A DNA stretch of 64,000 nucleotides from Felis catus. Its lineage: Eukaryota. A program made the position numbers and the translations under genes. Location of the stretch: positions 115,818,001 to 115,882,000 of the forward strand of contig NC_058368.1 of NCBI RefSeq assembly GCF_018350175.1, read 5' to 3'. Below, piece after piece: positions 49,425 to 61,924 of the stretch (within the stretch, counting starts at the first letter, position 1; each line of letters starts with the position of its first letter). The notes beneath the pieces are model-generated. The model saw only the letters and a list, made by a program, of their open reading frames with translations. It had not been told where the DNA came from and ran no database searches.

Positions 49425-50686
49425 ACTAGTCAGCCTCATGCAGGCTGTGTATTTTGTGCATACACAAAAATAAACTCAAAGTGGATTAAAGACCTTAATG
49501 TGAGACCTGAAACCATAAAAATCCTAGAAGAGACCATAGGCAATAATGTCTCTGACACTGGCCATAGCAACATTTTTCTATATCTGTCTCTTGAGGCAAG
49601 GGAAATAAAAGCAAAAATAAACTATTGGGACTACCTCAAAACAAAACAAAACAAAAACACAACCTTCTGCACAGTGAAAGAAACAATCAACAAAACTAAA
49701 AAGCAACCCACTGAATGGAAGATCTTTGCAAATAACATATCCAATAAAGGGTTAGTATCCAAAATATATAAAGAACTTCTACAACCAAACACTCTAAAAA
49801 AACAGATGATCTAATTAAAAAATGGACAGAAGACATGAACAGACATTTCTCCAAACAAGACATCCAGATGGCCAACAGGCACAGGAAAAGAGAGGCTCAA
49901 CATCACTGACCATCAGGGAAATGCAAATCAAAACTACAATGATATCTCACTTCACATGTGTCAGAATGGCTAAAATCAAAAACACAAGAAACAACAAGTG
50001 TTGTTGAGGATATGGAGAAAAAGGAACCCTCTTGCACTGTTGGTGGAAATGCAAACTGGCAAAGCCACTGTGGAAAACAATATGGAGGGTCCTCAAAAAG
50101 TTAAAAATAGAACTACCCGACAATCCAATAATCACACTACTGGGTATTTACCCCCAAAATACAAAAACACTAATTCAAAGGGATACATGCACCCCTATGT
50201 TTATAGCAGCATTATTTACAATAGCCAAATTATGGAAGCAGCCCAAATGTCCGTCTATAGACAAACGGATAAAGGTGATGTGGTATATGTATTCAATGGA
50301 ATATTATTCAGCCATAAAAAGAATGAAATCTTGCCATTTGCAACAACATGGATGGAACTAGAGAGTAAAATGCTAAGCAAAATAAAGCAGAGAAATATAA
50401 ATACCATATGATTTCACTCATGCGGAATTTAAGAAACAAAACAAATAAGCAAAGGGAAAAAATAAGAGTCCATCCAAGAAACAGACACTTAATTATAGAG
50501 AACAAACTGATGGTTACCAGAGGATAGGTGGCGAGGGTGGGAAATGGGTGAAATGGGTGATGGCGACTAAGGCATGCACTTGCTGTGATGAGCACTGGGT
50601 GATGTATGGAATTGCTAAATCAACTATTTTGTACACCTGAAACTAATACAACACTATGTTAAGTATACTGCAATTAAAATTAAAAA
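49425..50686 (+). mobile_element. Younger 5'-truncated carnivore-type L1 insertion
   Basis: ORF remnants [10 protein letters not shown] and [18 protein letters not shown]...CTPMFIAALFTIAK; A-rich tail; TSD tgtgttcatgaa at 49413-49424 and 50691-50702. Confidence 0.9.
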
Positions 50687-51621
50687 AAGATGTGTTCATG
50701 AATCAGAAGACGTAATATTGTTAAAATGTAATTCCTCTCTAAGTTGTTCTATCAATTCAGTGAAATCCTAATGAAACTCTCAGTAGGCTTTTTAGTAGAA
50801 ATTGACAAGCTGATTCAAAGATGTATGTGGAAATGCAATGGACCCAGAATAGCCAAAGCCGAAGTTTGGAAAAGAAAAGGAAAAAAAAAAAAAGCTGGGA
50901 AACTTAAACTACTTGATTTCTCATAGACTTACTATAAAGCTGTAAAAATCAAGGCAATGTGATTAGAAAATAAACAAATAACTGTATATATAAAACAAAG
51001 TATCCAAAAATAGATCTACACAATAGATCCATAGATATTTGACAAAGATCCTAAGGTAATTCAAGGGAATTCTTGGGGGAAAAGAACAATGTTTTCAACA
51101 AATGGTGCTAGAACAAGTGCATAGCCATACACACAAAAATGAACCTTGACCCTCACCTCACTTTATATAGGGAAATTAACTCAAAAGGGATCATGGACCT
51201 AAGTATAAGAGCTAAAACTATAAACCTTCTAAGAAGTAAACATAGGGGAGATTCTTAGTGACCTTGGGTTTGGCAAAGATTTTTTAAGTGGGACTCAAAA
51301 ATACAAAATGTAAAAGAAGAAATAAATTGGACTTTAAAATTAAAAATCTTCTGCTCTTCAAATGACAGTGTTATGAAAATGAAAAGTCAAACCACAGGCT
51401 GGGAAAAAATCTACAAAACCTACCTGGCAAAGGGATTATATTTAGAATATTAAAAAATTCTTATAAATAAGTAATATAAAGACACACGACTCATTTTAAA
51501 AAATGGGCAAAAGATTTGAACAGATACCTTACCAAAAGAGATATACCAATGGCAAAGAAGCACATGGAAAGATGCTTAACATCATTAGCCATCAGGGAAA
51601 TGCAAATTAAAACCACAGTGA

Positions 51622-51813
51622 GGGGTATCTGGGTGGCTCAGTCAGTTGAGCGTCTGACTTCTGCTCAGGTCATGATCTCTTGGTTCATGGATTCGAGCCC
51701 TAAGTCGGGCTCAGAGCCTGGACCCTGCTTTGGATTCTGTGTGTCTCTCTCTCTTTCTCTGCTCTCCCCTGTTTGCGTTCTGTCTCTCTCTCTCAAAAAT
51801 AAGGAAACATTAA
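51622..51813 (+). mobile_element. CAN-SINE in L1
   Basis: Head ggggtatctgggtggctcag and tail aaaaataaggaaacattaa. Confidence 0.9.
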
Positions 51814-51819
51814 CAAATT

Positions 51820-51822
<3 letters not shown>

Positions 51823-51876
<54 letters not shown>
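51823..51876. repeat. (AC)27 microsatellite
   Basis: Perfect run counted from the sequence. Confidence 0.95.
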
Positions 51877-51879
<3 letters not shown>

Positions 51880-52834
51880 GAGATAAAACTGTATACCCAC
51901 CAGAATGGCCAAAATTAGAAAGCATGATGACAGAAAAAAAGGTTGAGGAGGCTGTGGAACAATTGGAACTCCCGTGAACTGCCAGGAAAGTAAAATGGTA
52001 CAGTTTGGTAGTTTCTGAAAAAATTAAACATTACACCTCCATATCAACCTGTCATGCCATTCCTAGGGATTTATCCAAGAAAAATGGAAACTTGTACACG
52101 AATGTTCAGAGTAGTTTTGCCGCAAACTAGAAACAAATGTCCCTCAACAGGTGAATGAATAAACACATTGTGCCATATCATATAATGGGATATTATTTAA
52201 TGATAAAGTGGAAGAAACATAGCATACACATAACATAACATGGATAAACCTCAGAAACATGCTTATCAGGAAAAAAAAAAAAAAAAACCCAGACCCAAAA
52301 TATGTGGTGATTCCATTGAAATGAAATTCTAGAAATAAAAATTTAATCTCATCTCCATTGACAGAAAGCAAATCAGCGATTGCCTGGGGCATGAGGGAAC
52401 TTTTGGAGGTAATCGAATTGTTCTATAACATGATTGTGATAATATTTCACATGATTGTATACCCTTGTCAAAATTAATAGAACTGTACACTTACAATTGG
52501 TGTTTATTGTATATAAATTCTATCTCAATTTTTTTAAAAAATGACATAGTTCTATATACAGAGTAAATTTCTAAATTTATCACAAGTGTGGGGGGGCACA
52601 CCTAGATTCAGAACTATGTATATAATACACTATCGCTTGTAGAAAAAAAAAGAAAACATTCGTGTATGTCCTATGTACATTGAGCATCTCTAGAAGGATA
52701 CCCAAGAAAACGTAATAGTGGTAGCCTCTAAGAAGAGGGAGGAATTCAGTGGCTGGAGTCTGAAATAGGCAGAAACCTTTGTTTTCCATCATGCTTTCTT
52801 GTACTTTCTCCCATGCATACTTTTAAAAAGATTA

Positions 52835-53126
52835 CTGATACAGGGGAGGTAAAGGACGCTATGGAAGTTCCTAGGGGGTTATCAAAAAATACTTCCTTGA
52901 AAAAGTCTTATCTAAGGCAGGACCTGAAGGACAATAAAGAGTCAACCAATGGGAGTGGGGGCAGAAAGTGGAAGAGCATCCCAGGCAAAAGGAACAGCAT
53001 GTGCAAAGATCCTAAGAAAAGAAAGAGTGCCATCGAGCAACCACAGGGTAGTTCTGTGGAGCTAGAAGGTTAAAGGACAAAGATGAGGTTGGGAAATAGG
53101 TGGGGGCTGATTTTCATTTTGTAAGC
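52835..53126 (-). mobile_element. L2 fragment (continues at ~58422-58730)
   Basis: agagcatcccaggcaaaaggaacagcatgtgcaaagatcct motif; continuation aaggaatctggactttatcctgagtgctatgagaagcta...ttttaagca at 58428+. Confidence 0.78.
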
Positions 53127-55251
53127 TAGAGGTCAGCAAACTTTTTCGATAAAGCACCAGGTGGTAAATATTTTAGACTTTGTGGGCCAAGAAACAAAAT
53201 TAATGATATATTGCAAGTATATATGCAAGAAGAGAAAAAAATGATTTCCATATACTTTTTATTGATGAAATTCAAAATATAATAATTGAGCATAATATTT
53301 TGTCATACAGGTCTACTAACGAGAATAACGGAATTCTTTTCAGGGGGGCAGTAAATAACAAACACTTCACTTAAACTTCCCTTAATTGGGATGCAAAGTT
53401 AGCATTCCTATCGTGAAAACTGATTGCAAATGTTCACCTGGTGATGCTGATCCGTAATGAGATTTTATGTATTTTGTCTTTGGAAAACGTCTTCTCATGC
53501 AGATAAGTACCGCCAAATATATCAATTCATGAGCATATGATCTTCCTTGCACATATTCATCACTTAAAAGGTATTTATAGAATTCTATTAGATTCTTCTC
53601 TTGATACTAGCCTGTCATTCCGTTGCAGATCAGTCACGTCCAATTGAAGGTTAGGAGGAAGCTCCTCGACCGCTCAGTTAAATGACTTTTGAAATATGGA
53701 AATTTCCCTTTCACTTGCATCAACATCAGAAGAAATACAGATGGAACTATACTTGGAGCTCAGAAAATCCTTCCCTGCACATTTGTGTGGGAATGGAGAG
53801 ATCCTGCTTATAATTTCTGATAGCGCGGGAAGTATATAAAGCAGCTTGACATTGCTTGTGATTGAAACAACATTAGGCTCATCGAGATTATTTTACCAGA
53901 ACAGAAATCTCACAAATAACGATTGTTTGGACTTGTAATTTTAGGCTTAGTTCACTAATAAATATGATAAAGTCTGCAGCAAAAGCTTAAATTCCCAAAC
54001 CGTTCAGGGTTCGATGACAGGGCTGGGGGGTGGGGAGAGGCAGTTTTTCTCATTCAGAAAAATTGCTCTCTCTGCTCTGAACTCACAAATATCACAGTAA
54101 AGCTTTACGACTGTTAAGCCGTCGAAATGCTATATAATAGGAGAAGTTCTATATTTGGCTCTTATTTCTGACAAAAATGTACAGAACTATCAATGGTTAA
54201 ATTCCTAAGAGTGCATATATTGTATCTGTCTACCTACCTATCCATCTACAGATATGTATAATATATATAAGTCCACTGTTGACACTACTAGTTGAATAAC
54301 ACATGACAGATTAAAGTGATTTCCCTCAGAGTACCTGCCAATGAATAATACAGAAGAACTATAGGCTTTAGACACATTTTCCATTTTCACACGTTTTGTG
54401 AATTTGCCCAACTAAGCCTTTTTATGCTCCGCACGTATTTCTGCCATCATTAGCTATACCACATCTTAGCAGATTCCACCTCAGGTGGTACTGAATTAGT
54501 GTTGTCTCAACTATTCTCGACTGTATTTGCTCTAGGCCGGCTACTCCTTAGGACCAATTCTCTGGTCACTTGCAACTTGGCATGGATTCCTTGAATGAAT
54601 AGTAATAATGGGCCAGTGTCGCTAACATCTGTCGGCTTATCCAGAGCCAAGGAAAACCACTTGAAATCATTTGCCTTGTCTCTTAGTTTACCAGTTACGT
54701 TGCTCTCGATGTCCTCAGCTCTTTGAACAACTATTCTTGCCGAAAGGCTAACAGTCTTAAGCGAGTTTATTTTCTCTGGACACATTCTTTGGTTGCTACA
54801 ATCAGACCCGATTTAATTAACTCACCATTTGTAAACAGCTTTCCTTCCTTCGCTCACAAATGAGCCGCTTGGAAACTTACTTTGCTTGCAGCTTGATTTT
54901 CATTTTTTATTTTTGTGAAGAGTTCTGCTGTGATGACATAATCCGTTTTAAATTTTCTAATTTTTTGAGCCATTGTTTTCCTCTGACTTGGGGCTATTGT
55001 GATGCATACTTAGTTTGTAATGCTGATGTATATTGTGTTCTTGTAGCATAGCTATAATGTCATTGTGGAACAAATATTCCTTGTAATTTAATTTGATAAC
55101 AAGATAATCCCTAGTCCACTACAGCCTCAAAAGTATAGCATTCAAAGTCTACTTTTCTTTTCTTGTTTCGACATGATGTGTGCACCGTTAACAGTAAATA
55201 AAATGCCATACTGTAGTGATACATATGTCACTTGAAATGCTGTCAAATTTT

Positions 55252-55472
55252 TTTTTTAATTTTTTTTTCAACGTTTTTATTTATTTTGGGACAGAGAGAG
55301 ACAGAGCATGAACGGGGGAGGGGCAGAGAGAGAGGGAGACACAGAATCAGAAACAGGCTCCAGGCTCTGAGCCATCAGCCCAGAGCCCGACGCGGGGCTC
55401 GAACTCACGGACCACGAGATCGTGACCTGGCTGAAGTCGGATGCTTAACCGACTGCGCCACCCAGGCGCCCC
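55252..55472 (-). mobile_element. Young felid SINEC_Fc
   Basis: TSD gaaatgctgtcaaatttt at 55234-55251 and 55473-55490. Confidence 0.95.
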
Positions 55473-55613
55473 GAAATGCTGTCAAATTTTAAGTGCATCA
55501 CTGGCTTGTAGTGGAGCAGAGCAAAATGATGACAGCATCATATATGGTCTTTATTGCAACGACTCAAGTCTGCTATTGTAAGGCAAAAACAGTCATAGAA
55601 AGTAGGTAAACAA

Positions 55614-55820
55614 GGGGTGCCTGGGTGATTCAGTCAGTTCAGCATTCTACTTCAGCTCAGGACATGATCTCATGGCTCGTGAGTTCAAGCCCTGCTTTGG
55701 GCTCTGTGCTGACAGCTGAGAGCCTGGAGCCTGCTTCGGATTCTGTGTCTCCCTCTCTCTCTGTCCCAACCCCCGCTTGTGCTCTGTCTCTCAAAAATAA
55801 ATAAACATTAAAAAAAAAGA
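55614..55820 (+). mobile_element. CAN-SINE
   Basis: Approximate TSD aa(g/a)tagg(t/c)aaacaa on both sides. Confidence 0.92.
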
Positions 55821-55957
55821 AAATAGGCAAACAAGTGGGCAGCATGGCTTTGCACTAAAATAACTTTACTTATGGGCACTAAAATTTGAATTTCATAACA
55901 TTTTCACATGTCACAAATCGTATCCTTTGATTTTTTTCAACCACAAAAAATGTATAG

Positions 55958-57310
55958 GTAAGAAAATTGATAAAAGTCATCTAGATTGGAAAAGAGAAAC
56001 AATCCAAAAATTAAGAGCACAATTTCATTTGTAACAACATCAAAAAGAATAAAATATCTAAGGATAAATTTAACAAATCAAGTGCAGAACTTAAACTCTC
56101 AAAATTACAAAATACATTGCAGAAAGAAATGAAAGATCTAAATACTACATGGAAACACATTCTCTGCTCATAAATTAGAAGTCTTAATACTGTTAAGATG
56201 GCAATACTCCCCAAATGTACACATAATGCTTACACCTCAGTAAGAAAAAAGGCAAGCCAACCCAATTTAGAATTGGGAAAAAATTTTTTTAAATTTAAAC
56301 GGGCAAAGGGCAACTCAACAACAGAAACAAACAACCTGATTAAAAAATGAGCAGGGGCACCTGGGTGGCTCCGTCAGTTAAGCGTCCGACTTCGATGCCT
56401 CATGGTCTCCTGGTTTGTGAGTTTGAGCCCCTCATGGGGCTTACTGCTGTCAGCACGGAACCGGCTTTGCATCCTCTGTCATCTCTCTGCCCCCATCCCC
56501 CAACTCACACACCCGCTCTCTCAAAAATAAACATAAAAAAAATTTTTTTTAGATTAAAAAATAAGCAAAGGACTTGTGTAAACATTTTGCTAAAGAAGAT
56601 ATATAGATGACCAATAAGCAAATGAAAAGATGGTCATCATTAGTCATTAGGGAAATGCAAATCAAATCTTGAGACACTACCTCACACCCACTAGGATGGC
56701 TAGAATAAAAAAAAAGGCAGGTAATAACAAACATGGGTGAAGATGCGGAGAGACTGGAAGCCTCACACATTGCTGCTTTGGAAAACTGGCAGTTCCTCAA
56801 AAGGTTAAACACAGAGTTGCCATAGGACTGTGCAATCCACTCCCTGACGGGGTATATACTAAAGAGAAATGGAAACTTGCATTCCTACAAAAGCTTATAA
56901 ACAAATGTTTGAAGAAGGATTATTCATAATAGTAAAAAAGTAGAAACAACTCAAATGTCCATCTACTGATGAGTGGATAAATAAAATGTGTATATATACA
57001 CTCATATATACATACAATGGAATATTATTTGGCAATAAAAGGAACAAAGCACTGATTCAAATTACAACATGGATAAACTTTGAAAACATGATACTAAGTG
57101 AAAGAAACCAGTCACAAAGGACCACACATTGCATAATTCCATTTATATGGAATGTCCAGAATAGACCTATCTATACAGACAAAAAGCTAATTAGTGATTG
57201 CCTAGGGCTAGGGGGTGGTGGCAGGCTGAAAAGTATGGGTTTCTCTTTGGAGTGATGAAAATGTTCTAAAATTGATTGTAGTGATGGTTGCACAACTCTG
57301 TGAATATTTT
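55958..57310 (+). mobile_element. Old L1 3' fragment inserted in the transposon end (contains a SINE at 56354-56551)
   Basis: cattagggaaatgcaaatcaaa, aaatgtccatctactgatgagtggataaataaaatgtg, gatgaaaatgttctaaaattgattgtagtgatggttgcacaactctgtgaata. SINE TSD gattaaaaaat(g/a)agca. Confidence 0.88.
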
Positions 57311-57311
57311 T

Positions 57312-57948
57312 TTAAATGTTTATTTTTTGAGAGAGAGAGACAGAGTGAAAGCAGAGGAGGGGCAGAGACAGAGGGAGATACAGAATCCGAAGCAGGCTCC
57401 AGGCTCTGAGCTGTCAGCACAGGGCCGGACGTGGGGCTGGATCTCACAAACCGTGAGATCATGACCTGAGCCGAAGTCAGATGTTTAACTAATTGAGCCA
57501 CCCAGGTGCCCCTCTGTGAATATTTTTTAAGTTTTATTCATTTATTTTGAGAGAGACAGAGTGTGAGTGGGGAAGGGACAGAGAGAGAGGGAGAGAGAGA
57601 ATCCCAAGCAGGCTCTATGCTGCCTGTGTATAGACCAACACGGGCTCAAAGCCAGGAAACCATGAGATCATGGCCAGAGCCAAAATCGAGAGCCGAATGC
57701 TTAAGCGACTGAGCCACCCAGGCACTCCCAACTCTGTGAATATATTAAAAACCACTGTTTTATTTTTTTTAATGTTGATTTTTGAGAGAAAGAGAGACAG
57801 AGCACGAGTCAGAGAGGGGAAGAGAAAGAGGGAAACAGAGGATCCAAAGTGGACTTCGGGCTGACAGCACAGAGCCCAATGCAGGCTCTAACCCATGAAC
57901 CACAAGATCATGACCTGAGCTGAAGTCAGATGCTTAACCAAGCACCCC
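57312..57948 (-). mobile_element. Three tandem CAN-SINEs (57312-57512, ~57525-57727, ~57762-57948)
   Basis: Three copies of ctctgtgaatat delimit the first two; taaaaaccactgtttt flanks the third. Confidence 0.92.
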
Positions 57949-58056
57949 TAAAAACCACTGTTTTAAAAACCAGCTATTCCCCACTCTACCAAATGTAAAA
58001 ATGTAGCTTGTTGGGCCATACCAAAACAGGCAGCAGACTCCTGTCCTGCGGTCAAT

Positions 58057-58422
58057 ACTCTCCACAGCCACAATTGAACCAGAATCCACACAATCTCATT
58101 GCACTTGACATCTGGTCATATTCAACCCCTGTCAAGACTCTGACATATCAATGCTTCTAGTGGGAAAGAAATTTACCTGTGCACTTCCTGAGAGACCTAA
58201 CCTGAATGGACCCCTTTGGACCCCAAACCAGAGGTCCAATTCACAAATCACTGTTACCATTATGTTGATCTCACTGCCACCATTTGAGCCGACCATCTCG
58301 GCCCCTGTCCCAGCCCATGTCCGAACTTCTAGCCCAGCCAATATCCTGGCCACTGCTGCCAGTAGCAGCTCCCATTTATTGGGCACCTGCTAGGTTGTCT
58401 CTGATCCTCACTGCAGACCTGC
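58057..58422 (+). repeat. Diverged local direct duplication, copy 1 (partner 60587-60944)
   Basis: Colinear similarity including identical 23-mer acttcctgagagacctaacctga (58183-58205 / 60727-60749). Confidence 0.88.
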
Positions 58423-60197
58423 ATACCAAGGAATCTGGACTTTATCCTGAGTGCTATGAGAAGCTAATAAATGGTTTTAAGCAATGTAGTGATAAGGTCA
58501 TATCTGCATATTAAGATTTATTCTCACTGTAGCTTGGAGAATGGATGTTAAGACTGGAGTTTGACCAATTAACAGGCTGTTGCAGGAATTCCAGGTAAGG
58601 TAAGGGGTGATGACAGCGAGGAGGAAGAGAAGTGGTAGAATTGAGGGATGCTCAGAAGGCCAGATTTATAGAATTTGATTTCAGATTGGATGGGGATGAG
58701 ACAGAGGCTACAGTCAAGATTCCCCCAGCATAGGCAAGTTCAGCGGTCAAGGGCAGCCATGTCCCGTTAACTGTCCAAGTGTGTGAGTCCTCATGCCCCT
58801 GAGGCGCCCAAGACCAGACCACTCAAGTCTCCATCAGTACAGTTCCCCAAAGATCCATAATGTAGGCATTTCAAGAACCGAACTGATAAGACTTATTTGA
58901 CCACTATAGAAATGGTTTCCCCTTTCCCTTTAAGAGAAAAAGGTCTCTACTCTTTATATCAAAGGATCTCCAGGAGGCTCAGTCTTTCCTTTGCCAAATT
59001 TCTATCATTTCTACCTCTTTATCAGTCCTTACAAATCCATTAATCAATTAATTCCACAGATACTTGATGGTCCTGTTATCTACCCGGCATGGTATACCGT
59101 ATTAGGTTTAAGAGTTCAGAAATGATCTCCTTCCCTGTAGCTTATCCTGCTTTTAGGAAAAGACCCAGAGCTCACTTTTCCTGAAGCACAAATGAAATGA
59201 TGTCATAATGTGATCTTTCTTTAGGGAAATTTGAGTTACCTTCTTATTTCAAAAGTAATTTGCAGGTAAATGCAAATAAGGCATAAACGCCGCTAGAACT
59301 TCCACCAGCTGAAGATAATCATTACAAACATGTTTGGTCAATGTCTTGCCAGACTTCTATGCTATTTCTTTCTTCTCTGCTTCTATTTTACTTTAAGGGA
59401 TTTACATGTAACTTAAGAGCATCTTGGGCTAAGGAATGACCTGGTGTGACTACTATTTGGTGCAGAAAGCTTTCCTTAAGCCCTCATAAGTCACATCTCT
59501 CAGGTTTCCAACATCAGTGTTGTTTCTAAAGGAGGTCCTCCTGGGTATCTGGCCACAGCTATGTGTTCATATTTACTAGTGTCCTCTACACAAGCCGTGC
59601 CCACCTCAGTTTTAGAGTATAAGAAAAGGAAATAACAGACACCCTCAAAGCTAGGGCAGGGGCCGGTTGGGGTGCAAGGTCTTCCAAAGGGCAGCTAGAA
59701 GTGCTACATCCTTTGCATGACTTCTGCCTCTGTCCGAATAGCAAATTATTGCTAGGACTGGCCCATCAGTGACAAAGAGACAAGTGAAAATTTGTTAAGA
59801 GAGTGGTGTCCCAGAGTCTTCCTCGGGGAAACCTGATTAAAAGGATTATTTCAAAGGATCATTAATAGAAAAAGAATTTCAGACTCCCTAGGGTAGAGCT
59901 GCCTGCCTCTGAGCCAGGCTGTTTCAACACTTCTAACATGTCCCCCCAAAGGTCAACTGGAGTGAGCTGCACACCAGAGACGAAACTCCCCATGCCAGGG
60001 ACACAGATGGCCAAGGCTGGCCTTGTCCCTGATTGGCTGAACATTCTTGACTTGCCCCAGTGGAGAGCTGGAGTGTTTGCCCATCCCCCCCAGGAAATGG
60101 AATGCAGCCCTAGAGGGACCAATATACATCCCTCACACCCAGGGTTATAATATGCTTTCTGTAGCACATTTAGTTTCTTTCCGAGTAGAAGATTCTC

Positions 60198-60410
60198 GGG
60201 GCGCCAGGGTGGCTCAGTCATTTAAGCATTTGACTTCGGCTGAGGTCATGGTTTCATGGTCGGTGAGTTTGAGCCCCATGATGGGCTCTGTGCCGACAGC
60301 TGAGACCCTGGAGCCTGCTTCAGATTCTATGTCTCCCTCTCTCTCTGCCCCTCCCCCGCTTGCATTCTGTCTCTGTCTCTCTCAACAATAAACATTAAAA
60401 ATGTTTTTAA
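60198..60410 (+). mobile_element. CAN-SINE
   Basis: ggggcgccagggtggctcag head, CT tract, aataaacattaaaa tail. Confidence 0.92.
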
Positions 60411-60586
60411 AAAATTCTTGAAGTAGAGAGAGTTGAAGTCCCTCCTTTCACTAAAACCTTCCCATTACCACCTCTTCAGAAAGGTGCAGGTCCCCGAAGC
60501 TGGGGAGTAGTTGGGGACATCTCCAGGGTGACCATTCCTCCTGCAGATGCCTGCAAGCACAGTTGCCTCCTTCCCTGGGGCAAATG

Positions 60587-60944
60587 ACTCTCCACAGCTG
60601 GAAATGAACCGGGGTCCACACAAGCTCATTGCCCCTGACATCTGGTCACATCCAACTTCAAGGCTGCCCTATACCAACACTTCTGGGTGGGGCGGGGGGT
60701 GGCAGTGGGGAAGAATTCAGCTCTGGACTTCCTGAGAGACCTAACCTGAGGACCCCTCTTGTCCCCAAAACAGAGGGCCACGAATCATTCCAGGCGCTTT
60801 GATGATCACTATCACCATTCCAGCCCACCATCTTAGCTGCATTCCAACTACTAGCCCAGCCAACATCCTGGCCACCTCTGCAGACAGTAGCTCCTATTTA
60901 TTGAGCACTTGTTACACTGTCTCGGATCCTCACCGCAAACATGC
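60587..60944 (+). repeat. Diverged local direct duplication, copy 2
   Basis: Shares tgacatctggtca, ctagcccagccaa(c/t)atcctggccac and the 23-mer with copy 1. Confidence 0.88.
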
Positions 60945-61924
60945 CAACTTCACTGAAGAGAAAACTGTGGCTCCAGAATGTTGAGTCGCCGTGCAGAGAA
61001 GAGGTAGAGCTGGATGATTCCCCAGCCTGTGCGGTTCCCATTGCCCCATGCCCCCTCCCTGGGGTGGGCTGGGCTCTAGATGCAGACTGAGAGGGTAATG
61101 TGCAAAACTGCTGGCTATGTGACTGCGGACAAGTCATTTACCATCTCTGTGTTTCCATTTCATGTCTATAATGACCATTTTGTTTGAGGCAGGCAGAGAT
61201 AACACAACAGTGGTTTTATTTGGGGGCGGGGGTGGGGAGGGAATTTGTGTTTGTGCATCCGTGGCTATGTATTGGGATCAGGTGACTCAGGGGTGAGGCC
61301 ACTGTTCCTGCTCTGCAAGCCCAGGGCAGCCACATACTGGAGGTGCCACGGGACCTAGTCAATCATGGTCAGGCTGGAGGCTGCCTATCCATTCCCTGCT
61401 GTCCCTCCAGCATGCCACATTCTGTGGTCAGGAAGAGGGTCCCCAGGAGGTGCTGCTGGAATGTTCCATCTGCTGGGAGCCCTTTGGAGGGCTGATGGAA
61501 CGATAAGGCAACAATAGCAGCCTGGGCTCTGTGGCTCCCTTCTTTCCCTCTAATGAGGTGCCTTCTGCCCCACAGACATGGAAAGCTCCCAAGTTCCCCA
61601 CAGATGCCTCCTCGGCCCATCAGCCTGCCTTTCATCCTACACCACCCAGTTTTCTCAACTCCTAATTGTGTTTGTGAGACCTCAGTCCCCAGGCCCTTCA
61701 CCAACCAGGCAGAAAACCCACTGGTTACAAACACTACAACCTCGGCCCAGCACCCCTCGCTACATGCCCTCCCCCTGGCTTACCCTGGCAGCCTTGCCCT
61801 GCCTGGCAGGAAGGCCAAAGCTCACAGCCTCAGGGTCTCGGCCGTGGAAGATCCAGAGAATACAGGGGCCAAGAAGGAGGACCTGCGGATGGGTAGGGGC
61901 ATTCACCAGCTAGGTTGCCAGGGA

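Larger units (their letters stand above)
48945..52540 (+). mobile_element. Old internally deleted L1 (ORF2 endonuclease-proximal piece, 3' half and 3'UTR) hosting a younger L1 and a SINE
   Basis: L1-typical sequence (gatcatattctgggccat..., tatcaaaatttgtggga..., aacaaatggtgctagaac..., attgtatataaattctatctcaat). Confidence 0.9.
53127..58055 (-). mobile_element. Fossil hAT-Charlie DNA transposon (Cheshire/MER58-like), interrupted by SINEs and an L1
   Basis: MER58-type terminus agaggtcagcaaactttttcgataaagcaccaggtggtaaatattttagactttgtgggcc at 53128+. Transposase remnant SLSARIVVQR...FSLALDKPTDVSDTGPLLLFIQG (54507-54785). MER58B-like sequence at 55520-55955 resumes at ~57995-58050. Confidence 0.85.
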
